From Cyanophora paradoxa CCMP329 (lineage: Eukaryota > Plantae > Glaucophyta): a stretch of DNA of 64,000 nt. The position numbers were made by a program, and so were the translations under genes. This document shows, piece after piece, positions 29,501-40,584 of the stretch; the first letter of the stretch is position 1, and each line of letters begins with the position of its first letter. The notes below the pieces were generated by a model. That model saw nothing but the letters and a program-made list of their open reading frames with translations, ran no database searches and was not told the origin of the DNA. The stretch is taken from positions 1-64,000 of the forward strand of contig QPMI01000208.1 in NCBI GenBank assembly GCA_004431415.1. Reading direction: 5' to 3'.

Positions 29501-30723
29501 CGCTGCAGCTCCGTATCTTCATCGTAAATCCGCTCGGCCCACGGCAAAACACCGCAGGCTCCTCCAAACTCGAGCGCCAACTGGCCCACGGCAAAACACC
29601 GGAGGCTTGCGTAGGAGTTGGCGTCGACTCCGTGTCGCCTAGAAGGTCATCTGCGGCAAAGTTAGCGTCTGGAAGCGCCAAGAAGAGCCGGGGGGCTGTG
29701 TGGAGGCTTCGCGTGGACTCGGCGTCGATCTTCCGATCTCGACCTCGGCGGGCACCGCACAGTGTCCGCCCCGCCCGCCCGCCCGCGCAGCTGCAGCACG
29801 CCCCGTCCAGGGCCCGCTCGCAGGTGATCCTAGAACGAGGGTCAGGCGAGGCGGCGCGCGCCGAGGCCGGTCTCGGAGGGGGCGGACCTTGGTCCGACGG
29901 CGTCACGCCGGAGACTCCTCCAGATCTCGAGCGCCAACCGGCCCACGACATAACGCCGGAGCCTCTTCTGGTTTGGCATCGTTCTGGCCCGTGGCGGTGA
30001 TGTCGCCGATCGGGGCTTGGCGGTCTTGTCGCTGGTGGGCGGGCGGGCGCGAGGCGGGTCAGCTGCGGCGTGAGAGGGGGGGGGCGGGGGCCGGGGCAGG
30101 CGGACCGAAGGCGGAGCCTTGGCCGCGAGCTCCGCCGCCTCCGCCGCCTCTCCCTTGGCCTTGAGGGCGCGCAGCGTCTCGAACTCGGAGAGGACGCGGC
30201 CGCAGCTGACCTTCAGCATCTGCGCGCAGGGCGTGTCGGGGGCGGGGCGGCGGGGGCGGTGCGGGGCGCGCGCACGTCGCCGATGTCAGCGCGGCCCTCG
30301 CTCGCGAACATCTCCTGCAGGTGCGTCGCCTCGCTCTGGATCTCGCCGTCAGCGAGGCGACGCGGAGCGACGTGTCGGCGCGTGCGAGCCGCCTCGAGCT
30401 CCAGCCGCTCCACCGGCTCCGGCTGCTGCGGCTGCTGCGCCTGCTCCGGCGCCGGCTCGCTCGAGAACATCGACAGGATCTTGTCGAGGACCTGCGCGGC
30501 GCCAGAAGTCACGTCACGATGCTCGCGATTCACGAGATTCGCCGAGGGCCGCTCAGCGTCTTCTGGCGCGCGGCGGCCCCGAAAACCGGGTAGAAAGCAT
30601 CTAGAGCACGTGCGAGGGCTGAAATTCAACAGAAGCGCGCACCGGGGTCTCGGATGCAGAGTCGGCGGACGAAGGGACGATCTTGGGGGAGGGGACGATG
30701 CGGTTGAAGAGGGACGCAAACAT
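26502..30723 (-). CDS. Hypothetical multi-exon gene running into or through the 720-bp array
   Basis: Exons VLDKILSMFSSEPAPEQ..EMFASEGRADIGD|MLKVSCGRVLSEFETLRALKAK with host-type introns; intron-like segments continue through the array to DAGAAETAGGVYNKLN|RSCC..*. The frame through the array is unresolved. Confidence 0.35.
26977..29980. repeat. Tandem array, about 4 copies of a 715-725-bp unit with internal sub-repeats
   Basis: gtgccgataaacgaggag at 27304, 28021, 28746 and 29461 (spacing 717, 725, 715). Confidence 0.95.
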
Positions 30724-32715
30724 CTTTAGCTTGTTTATCGCTTGGTGAAGCAGGGAAACTTTCGTTCGGATTTAGCATGAACGCAAAGTGATCGTTGCGA
30801 TTCAGATGTACCCTAGAAGCGGGGTACCGCTAGAAGGTGGGGGGGAGAGACGCCCGGGCGGTTACCGCCGCTAACCGCGCGCGCAAAAGAGGCCGCGCCC
30901 GGATTTGAAAAACTTAGAAAGGCGTACCCCCCCCGGCCGCCCCCGAAGCGCACCTCAGGAACCGTCCGCGAACGCGTGGAGTTCGTTCCGCTCTGTCCGC
31001 CTTTGGATGCGGGGTCGTCAACCAGCGCGCCGCTCCGCCCCACCTGAGAGCGGAAGTCGTAGCCGCGCGAGCCTCAGGGCCCGCCGCCGCGGCGGCCGGC
31101 GATCGTCTCTCGGCGCTGCGGAGATCGTCAGATTGTGTGGCGTGCGTTTGGCGGCTCCGCCGCAGGCGCGCCGCACGCTGCGTCGACTGAAGCGGATCGG
31201 CGCATGGGCGCTCCTTCTGGGATCCGCTTGCCTGATCCTCTTCAGCTCGCCCGATCCTTGTCAGCTCGCCCGCGTGTCGCTCGCCGCTGCGCCGGAGCTC
31301 AGAGCTGACGCGCCCGCCGCAGAGGATCGAGTGGAAGCGCGCACGAGCTTCCAGCGTCGCGCCGGGGCGGGGGCTAGCTGTAGCTATAGGTGCTTGCGAA
31401 TGACAAGGGAGAGGAAATCCGAGAGCTCGAGACCCTGAGGGGAAGGAGAGGAGATTAAATCTAGATCTCGAGGGATCCGGAAAGAGAGAGGAGAGCCTAG
31501 AGGGAAGCTCGAAGACTTTAACAGGAGGAGAGACGGCAGTTTAGAGGCAAGGAGATATGCTTACGCACACGTTCGAGGAATGAAACGGTTTCCCCCTGGT
31601 CCCGCTGCCGCCGCCGGCGGCGGCCGCCGGGCGCCTCCCGGAGTCCGGGCTCTCGGCATCGATCTTCGAGTTCGAGTTCGCCGGGCTAAGCAGTGACGAC
31701 GCCAGCTGCCTGCGGGCGAAGGCGAAATCAACCGACGAGAAAGCGAGAGGACGAGCATATTATATTATTTTACCTCGCCGCGGCGCCACGCCGGCGCCTG
31801 CATTCCCGCCCGGTCGTGCTCGCGCCTCATCAGTTTCTCGTGATCTGCCGGACTCCGGGATTTGAGCGGGCCCGGGGGGTAGTTCGGGGGTAATCGGCTC
31901 AGTGTTACCTCGGGATGCGGCGGGTACTCAGTGTGACTCGGTCCGGACGCAGGTCACTGAGTTAGCCCGGGGAGGAACCCATGTTGTCCTTCGCAGCTGC
32001 GATGCGCCGATGCCCTCTGCAGCTGCGCGCCGAAAAAACGAGGCGGTTGTCAATGTCTTACATGAAAGCGACGCCTCCGGGCCGAAGAGAGTGCTCGCGC
32101 ATCGACGAAGGCATGGCCGGCGCGCGCCGAGACTCGCGATATCGATACGAATGCAGCAAGGCCGCGCGCCAGTCAGCGCGCACCGCGACGCATTTATCGC
32201 TCGATGAGAACGATTCAACGTGTTTCTGAAGTCCGGAGCAGAGGCGCGGTACCACGCTTCGCGGACCTTCAAAAACGGACATGGTGACCTGCGCGGCGTC
32301 CGACGGTCATGCGGGCACAGGCGGAAGGCAACGTGCCGACGGCGCACCTAGGCTCAACGGTCACAGGCGCTCGTCGGCTGAACGGGGCTGGCTGATAGGC
32401 CGGGGAAGAGCCTTTTTAAGCCAGAGACTGCAGCGAGCTGGCTGCGCTTCTACGCGAGCTAGCACCGCATGCAAACTCGTGTGCGCGACCGGAATGACTG
32501 CTAGAAACCCGCGGCGCTCTCCGCGTGCCTTGCCGAGGCTGGCGATAGCTTTGTGGGCGGGGGAGGGGGGGGGGGGGGGGGTGCCAGAGTATACCTATAC
32601 CCCTCGAGGCGCAGGAGTTGCAGGAACTGCCAAAACTCCGCGGGCGACCGGCGGGCGCTAGCTGCCGAGAATCACCTGTACAGCGTTTCGCCGTCGCTCT
32701 GCACGTATCTGTCCG

Positions 32716-35700
32716 ATGCAAAGCGCGTTCACGGGCCCCGCGCCCGTCGGGCGGCGCGGCCAAGCCTCAGCGATGGCTTCCAATGCTCAACAGAGCCAAA
32801 TTGCGGCGGCTTCGTGCCGATCGGCCGCGGGGCTGCGAAAGGCGCCGTCTCGCGCCGCGCCGGGGCCGTCGGCCTTCTTCGGCTCGGCCGGGCCGCTGCA
32901 GGCGTGGACGCTTGTCAGCACGCGTCTTCACCGTGACGTCAGCTGGCCGCGCTCCCAGCCGCGGCGCTTCCGGGTGTCGGCGTCCGCCAAGGACGAGAGC
33001 CGCGGCAGCGACGCCGACGTGCTCGGCGGCTCGACCGAGGTGGACTGCGGCAAGCTGCCGAGTGCGCTCGCCCGGGCGGGCCCGAGGGTCGGACGCCGGC
33101 GCCCGAGCGCTGACGCCGCCGCCGCCGCGCGCCGGCAGACCTCCAGGAGCTCGAGGCCGGCGCGAGCTCCCTGCACGTCGAGTCCCCCGACCGGGGCCCG
33201 CAGTGCGCCCGCCCTCTGCGCCCGCCCTCGCGCCGCCCCCCGCCGCCCCCCGCGCCGACCGGGGGGCCGGGGGCCAGCCACGCGCGGGGCCTGGTGCTGC
33301 TGAACCTCGTGATCTTCCTGTGGGCCTCCAACTTCTCGGTCATCAAGGACGGCGTCGAGTCCCTCGCGCCCTCCATCTTCAACCTCTGCCGCTTCTCCGT
33401 CGCCTCCGTCGCGTTCCTCCCCTTCGCCCTCCGCGAGCGCGACCCCGCCCTCTGGAAGACCGGCATGGAGTGCGGCCCCCGCGCCCCGCGCCCCGCGCCC
33501 CGCCCGCGCCCCTCCCGCGCGCTCAGCGACGCCGCAGGCTGGCGCTCTGGCTGGCCCTGGGGTACGCGACGCAGGCGATCGCCCTCAAGTTCACCTCCGC
33601 GACCTCCTCCGCCTTCATCTCCACCCTGCAGGCCCGCCCCCCGCCCCCCGCCCCGCCCCCCCGCCCCGCCCCCGCCCACCCCGCCCCGCAGGTGATCCTC
33701 GTGCCGCTCATCGCGGGGCTCTTCGGGCGGCGCATCTCGCCGGCGATCTGGACGTCGGCGCTGCTGGCGTTCGGGGGGGTGGGCCTGATCGCGTACGACG
33801 GGGCGGCGGCGAGCGCGGGGGACCTGCTGAACCTCCTCTTCGCCCTCTTCTGCTCCTGCTACGTCATCCGCCTCGAGGCCAACGCCGGCAAGTTCCCCGC
33901 CCAGGCCCTCTCCGTGCGGCCCCCGCCCCCCGCCCTTCCCCCCGCCTCGTCTCCCTCCCCCCGCCCCTAAAAGAGCCCGGGCGGCCTCCCCCTCCCCCCG
34001 CAGGGCGTCCAGCTCTTCGGCCTCGTCATCTTCTCCGCCATCTGGGTCGCCGTCGAGCGGTGAGCCCCTGCCCCTCGCCGGCCCCGCTTCGCTTCCCGGC
34101 CGACGGGCGCGCCGGCGCAGGCCGCCGCTGGACCCGTCGACCATCCCCTGGCTCGCCATCGTGTACCTCGGCGTGGTGCGCCCCCCTCCCTCCGGGCGAG
34201 CCGCGCGCCGGCCGCCGCTGACGCCCCCCGCAGGTGACGACGGCGCTGACGACGTGGCTGGAGACGATCGCCCTGCGCGACGGCGTCACCGCCTCCGAGG
34301 CCGTGCGCCCCGCACGCCTCCGGCGCGCGGTGCCCGGCTGAGAGGGCGGGGCGGGGCAGGCGCTGACGTACAGCCTGGAGCCGGTCTGGGCGAGCGCCTT
34401 CGCCTCCTTCTTCCTCGGCGAGAAGGCCCGCCCCGCCCCGCCCCGCCCGCTCGCCCCGCCCGCTCGCTCCGCGCCGAGCAGCGGGCCGCAGTTGGGGCCC
34501 GCGGCTGGGCCGGCGCCGCCCTCGTCCTCGCCGGCTCCGCCTACTCGCAGCTCACCGGCGCCCAGCGCCTCGTCGAGCGGCGCGCACCCGCCTCCCGCCC
34601 CGCCCCCTCGCCGCGCCCTTCTCTGACCGGCCGGGCGCGCAGGTTCGCGGCTTCGGTGATCGAGAAGCTCACGGCGCCGCTGCGGGACGAGCGGGGCGCC
34701 CTCCCCGCCTGGGTGCGCCCTCTCCCCTTCCGCCCACGGCGCCCGCTCCGAGCGAGCACGCGCGCGCGCCAGGTCCCCGTGCCCGCCTCCATGCGCCGCG
34801 CCCGCGCCTCGGACCCGCCGACGGTGCGCGCGCGTGTCGCGGCCGGCGAGCGCTGCCGCCCCGCCGGGGCGAGCGGGGTCTGGGCGGTGCGGCAGGTGCG
34901 GTTCGACAACGGGGCGGACGAGTCGCGCACGCTGCTCATCGTCGAGGCCCCCGACCGCGCCGTCCGCCCCCGTCCCTCGCCCCTCCCAGCCTGCCGCTCG
35001 GGAGCGGGCGCCGAGGGGGAGGGCGGGGCAGGGCCTGCTGGGGGACGTCGTGCGGGCGATCGCGCGGAGCGGCCTCGACATCTCCTCCGCCCAGGCCCGT
35101 CCGCCTCGAACGCGGGCGCGGGGCCAGCTGAGGCGGGGCGGGGCGGGGCAGGTAGCGACGGTGGCGGGGCGGGTGGAGGACCGCTTCCTCATCGCCTCCA
35201 AGGCCGGCCGCAAGATCCCCGTCCGCCCCGCCCCGCCCGCCCCCGCCCCGCCCCGGGCGGCGGCTGGAGGGCGGGACGGCAGGCGTCGGAGCAGCCGGAG
35301 CTCGCCGCGGAGCTCCTCGCCGAGCTCGAGCGCCGCGCCTCCAAGGTCCCCCGGCCCGCGCGCCCCTCCCCGAGCCCCCCGCCCCGCTGAGAGGGCGGCG
35401 CGGCAGCTGACGGCGGGGGCGCGGCGCACCGTCTCGCCGCCCTCCTCGCCGGGCGCCGAGACGCCCTCCGTCTACGACTCCTCCCCGAGCCAGGGCGACT
35501 CCTACTACGACCAGGCGCCCCCGCCCCCCCGCCCCCCCGCCCCGGCGCCCCGCGACCTTTCGTCGCCGCGCAGCCGGAGCCGGCGCTGCGGCTGGTGTAC
35601 GACGGGATGAGCTGCGAGATGGACAACGGGGCGTGCTCGGTGCACACCGTGCTCACCTTCTCGTGCCCGGACCGCCCGGGCCTCCTCTCGGACATCGCCA

Positions 35701-36249
35701 CCTCCATCGCCCAGGCCGGTCCGCCCCGCCCCGCCCCGCGCCCCGCCCCGCGCGCCCCGCGCCCTTCGCCCCCGCAGCCCCTCGACCGCCCCCCGCCCCC
35801 AGGCTGCGTCATCCACCGCGCCGACATCGCCACGCTCCGCGGCCGGGTGCCGGACACGCGCAGCCCGCCCTCCGCCCCCGCCCACCCGCCTCACCCCCGC
35901 CACCCCCGCCTCCCCCCCCGCAGGCGGCGGACGTGGTGCACGTGACTGACGAGGCGGGCCGCAAGCTCGACTCGGAGCGGATGCAGGCGCGCCCGCCCCG
36001 CCCCCCCGCCCCCCCGCCGCACCCCGGGGGTCCCGTGGTCGAGCCCCGGGCGCAGGAGATCGTGGAGGGGATCCTCGCCCCCAAGGGCAACTTCCTGCCC
36101 CGCTTCCAGGTGCGTGCGCGGGGCGGGGCGGGGCTCGAGGGGCCGCCCCGGGGGGCCGCTGAGGCGGGCGGGCCGCGCAGGCGGCGCTGGCGGAGCGCTA
36201 CTTCGACCTCCGCGAGCAGCGGAGCGAGGAGAGGGGCGCGGAGGACTAG
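32716..36249 (+). CDS. EamA/DMT transporter fused to two C-terminal GlnD/ACR-type ACT domains, with a transit-peptide-like N-terminus
   Basis: LVIFLWASNFSVIK, FNLCRFSVA, TSATSSAFISTLQ|VILVPLI, GDLLNLLFALF, YSLEPVWASAFA; then without a stop VRFDN..TLLIVEAPDRA|GLLGDVV and MDNGACSVHTVLTFSCPDRPGLLSDIA. Confidence 0.82.
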
Positions 36250-36439
36250 CCTAGTAGGCCCCGCTCCCCCGGCCCGCCGCTCCCCACCTGCAGGTCACTC
36301 GCGAGTGACCAAATGCCCACCTGGCACCAACTCGGCGGTTTTTTTTTTTGAACGGTTACCTGTCGTGCTGTACATGTTTTCGACGATCGAGTGCCGCGAC
36401 GCTTTGTAGTTTTGACAAATTCATTAATTATAATTGATC

Positions 36440-37334
36440 ATGAGCACCCGGGGACTCGGCCGCGGTGACCCCGCCTGTCAGGGCCCTTGGTGTGCACCCC
36501 CCCCAGGAGCATTTGCTTCAATTCCCGGAGGGATTGTTGTATATGGTCATGGTGCAAGGCAGGGGGCGGCGAGCGGGGCGCTCCTTGGTGGAACAAATAC
36601 GTAGGCACATGCACCGGGCATGGCAGCGGCCAGGCAGGCAGTCCCTGGCAGCCGATCCTGGCATAGTGAACAGGAGCCCGGGGCGCGGCGCCGGCGAGCT
36701 AGTAGCGTAAGAGGTCTTTGTATCATACATACAAGTGGTTCGTGTGGCCGGGCGGGCTGCGCGCGCGCTGCCCTGGACGCGCGCCCGTCGAGCGTGCGGG
36801 CGCCAGCTCGGGCACTCAGATGCATGCCGGCAGCGGCGATTGCGAGCGCACCGCGCCCCGAGCTCGCGACCGCGTCCGCAAGGCCCTGACTGGAGCGGCC
36901 GCTAAACCGGACCCCGAAGGTGGCCGCCCGTTGGGCGGGCTCGGCCGGCGCGGCGACCTCGGGCTGGTCGTCTGCGCGCCGAGCGGTTAGCGCGGGCGGC
37001 GGTTAGCGTGAGCACGCGCACCCATTGCCGTGTAGTAGACGCCCTGCTTGCCCGTCTTCCAGCCCGAGGTGGAGCACAGGAGGCTGATGTCTTCGAGCTC
37101 CTCCGACGTGCCGTCGTGGCGCTTCTCGAGCACGAATTCCATGTTCTCGGCGTCCAGATTCTGAAACACAGTCGTCTTGAGCAGCCGCAGGACAACGTCA
37201 ACGGGGCGGGCGTTGAGCATGTCCGGCTTGAAATGCACAGGCGGCGCATCCGGGCTGCCCTTCCTGTGGATCACGACACGTTCGATTTCTCCCGCGGGCA
37301 CGGAGCCCGCCGCGGGTGCCGCCGGTGCCGCCAT
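36440..37334 (-). CDS. Hypothetical protein, 3' end uncertain
   Basis: Globular-looking first exon MAAPAAPAAGSVPAGEIERVVIHRKG..YYTAM followed by a gtgcgc..gcgcag intron and a further in-frame exon. Confidence 0.4.
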
Positions 37335-38137
37335 GTTCAAAAATTTGCCGCCGAGTTTGAATTGACGTATACCGGGGGGGGGGGTTGCACACGTTAGTCC
37401 CTGATACCCGCCGGGCCGCTCGTGAACGTTGATCATGCATATGAATTCGAACTGTGGCCCGGCCGGGCCTCATTGAGCTCAGACCCACTGCGGCTGGGCT
37501 CAATCACGCCAAGCACTCCGAGGCTCATTGATCATGAGTCAGTGCACCGTGGCACTGCGGCACATGATCATGACGTCGACTGTACGTATATACATACATC
37601 CGACGATCAGTCATAATCAGTGTGACTTCATGGCTTCCGAATTCAGGCTTGCCAGTTGAGATTGATCCGATCATCGGATCATGAAGCTTAAGTCTCACGC
37701 ATGATGATCGAAGGATTCGAAAAGCAAGAAACCGAGAATCATGAATAAGAGAGCTGTCCATAATCGATACATCATGCACCCGCAGAATATTATTATTATT
37801 AAAAAGTTGATCTCGCGATATCGACGACGATTGAGAACTATCTACATCCGATTATCTGCTAAATTAAAGTTCGAAGACCTGCCCCTGTATAAAGCTGGCG
37901 ATCGACGCCTACTTCTAATGTACATCGGCTATCAAAAAAATTCGAGCTACACGTATCACGTAACTTGGTAACTGAGCTAAGAAAGAGAGTTGCCTGACAA
38001 GGAGAGGGCTCACTGCGAATCAAAAAAAGGGAAGCCTATGGTACACTGGTACAAACGATCATTCTTGCTAAGCGCTATGCTGCCTGCAGCTGCTATCATC
38101 GCTCGCGAGTATTGTGCGCATATGCGTGCAACTGATC

Positions 38138-39851
38138 TCAAAGAGAAAGAAAGGAGCGTGGCTCAAAGATCCCAGCCTCGGAGGCCGGGGCGACGGGCTG
38201 CGAGCCCGGGGAGAGCGCCGCTCGGGGAGCCGCCTCAGTCTCCGGCGGGCGCCCCCGCCCCCGCCATCCGCCGGCGAGCTCACGGCCGGCGCCTCGAGAC
38301 GAGGTCCACGGCGGCCTGGGAGGAAGTGAGACGGGGGACTGGAAGGGTGCGGGCCGGGCCCTGCAGGCGCTCGCACCTGGAGGGCGGCGTTGTCCCACCG
38401 CTCCAGGCGGGGCCGCAGCGCCAGGCCCGCCCCGGGCTCCTCCAGCAGCGCGTACTCCGCCAGGCCCCGCACCTGCCCCCGCCCCGCCCCCTCAGCGGCG
38501 ACGCCGGCCGGGGCGGGCGGGGGCGGGCGGGGGCGGTGCGGGCCGTGAGGTGCGGGCGCCCGGGCAGGCGGAGGGCGAGGTCGAGCTCCCAGCGCTGCGG
38601 GGCGGCCCGCGTCGGCCCCGCCCCGCCCGCGCCGCGGGATGCGAGGCGCGGCGTGCGCCTACCGCGAGGACCAGCTCGTCCGCGTCCGGCAGAGGCGCCT
38701 CCAGGTGCGCCTGCGCGCCGGCAGCCGTCGGCGGCGGCGGCTGGGAGCGTGGGGGGAGGGAGGGGGGCGCACGAGGTCGGCCCGAGGAGGCGGACCTCGG
38801 CCGCCTCGCAGACCGCCGAGAGGCCGCCCTCCAGCTGCCCCCGCCCCCGCCCTCAGCCCGCGGCGGGGCTCCACGGGCCGGGGGGCGGGGCGGGGCGCAC
38901 GCGCTCGCGGCAGCCGCGCTCCAGCGCGACCTCGATCAGCGCGGCCGCCCGCTGCCGCAGCGCCTGCCGCCCCCGCCCCGTCAGCCTCGTGCCCGGCGCC
39001 GCGGCGCGGGCAGGGCGCAGGGGGCGCGCCTCGAGCTCCGCGGGCGACGGCCGCGCCGGCTTCTTCGTGCGCCTGGGGCCCCCCTCGGGGTTCTGGCAGT
39101 TGTCCACCAGCTGCGCGCCGGCACCCCGGGGCCCGTCAGAAGGCGCAGCCCGGGGGCGGGGTCGCGGGGCGGGCAGCGCGGGCGCGCCTCGTGCGTGTTC
39201 TGCTCGAGCGGGTCGATGTGGAACTGGAAGTTGCCGCCCCCGCTGCCCACGTAGTCGTCCGTCGCCCCGAACGCCGAGCCGGCGATCATGTCCACGCTGA
39301 GCGCGCGCGGTGCGGGGTCAGAGCGTGCGGGGCGGGGCGGGCGGGGCGCGGGGCGGGGCGGACCGGGCGGCGAGGGAGTCCCAGCCGGCGGCGTGGAAGG
39401 CGGACTCGAGGAGGGCGACCTCGGGGAAGAGGGACTGGTGCGCCAGCTTCGTCGCCACCGAGAGGATCTTGAAGGCGCCGAGGCCCGCCCGCACCAGCGG
39501 CATCGCCGCCACCAGCTCCACGGCCCCGAGGTACAGCGCCACGTCCAGCGGCACCCCCGCCGCCGCCCGCTCCGCGCCCTCGAACGAGATGAAGGGCGTC
39601 GGCGCCCCCGCGCTCGGTGCCGGCGAGAGCGACCCCGCCGCCGCCCGCGGCCCCGCCGTCCGCGTGGCTGCCCGGCCGCGCGCCTGCCGCCCCCGCGCCG
39701 CACCTGGGCGCCTGCACAACGAGGGTGCAGCACCGGCGGCAAACGAGCCACGGAGGCCGGTTCGCCGTGAAGGGCCCACAACGACCGTCGCGCCAGCAGC
39801 GAAGCCTGCGGCCGGCCGCCTTCTCTTCCCGTCCATTTGGACGTCCTGCAT
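38138..39851 (-). CDS. Hypothetical, possibly plastid-targeted protein with a DUF2358/SnoaL-like C-terminal part
   Basis: Arg/Ala-rich N-terminus; exon RWELDLALRLPGRPHLTA|VRGLAEY resembles the DUF2358 motif as recalled, not searched. Confidence 0.5.
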
Positions 39852-40584
39852 AAGGGCGGTCTAGCTAATGCTCAGCTGCTCGGCAATGAGTCGGCATGCG
39901 CATGCGCAGTGCTGCCTACGCGCGTGCCGGTGTACGCAACGCGAAGTCGTCGCGAACGGAGCGCTTACCACGTGACGTCAACGCACAGGGGGAGCGTGCG
40001 CGGGGGAGCGCCAGACGCGTCAGAGGCGCGCGTGCGCGATTTCGCGCGCGTCCAGCGCTGCTCGGGCGAGCGGGCCTGCCAGGCTGAGCGCGGACAGAGC
40101 GGTGCTGGGGGTACAGTCTCTGAATTAAAAGTTACCGTACCCCAGCTGGGGGCTCCTTATAAAACCTTGAAAGTGCCCGCACAAAAAGCGCACGCGCAGC
40201 AACCGCCTGACACTTTTTCCAACCTGCAGCAGCGCGTCAAACGCGCACCGACGACGAGCCGCGCACCAGGAAGAGCCTGCGAGGCCCACAGCACTTTTCC
40301 CGCCGCCGCCGCCGCCGCCGGAGAGCCCGACGCCGCCAACCGAACAAGGAGCTCGGAACCGTATCTTCTCGATCCTTCGCCTAGCGCCCGTCGCCGGTCT
40401 TTCCAAGCAACAGCAGCTGTCGCGCGCGCGGCCAATTGCGAGTGCAAGCTTCGCGCCGCGGCCAAGGTGCGCGCGCGCGCGCGGGGCCGCCGCCGAGCAG
40501 AGAGCCTCCTCCCCTCGTGCTTCTTCTAACTGTTGCTTTATGCGTACGCAGCACCAACGCCAGAACCAGAACCGAACTTTGAAG

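Noticed and set aside
30790-32700. Possible LTR or degenerate gene
   Set aside because: No terminal repeats, TSD or recognisable protein motif found by eye.
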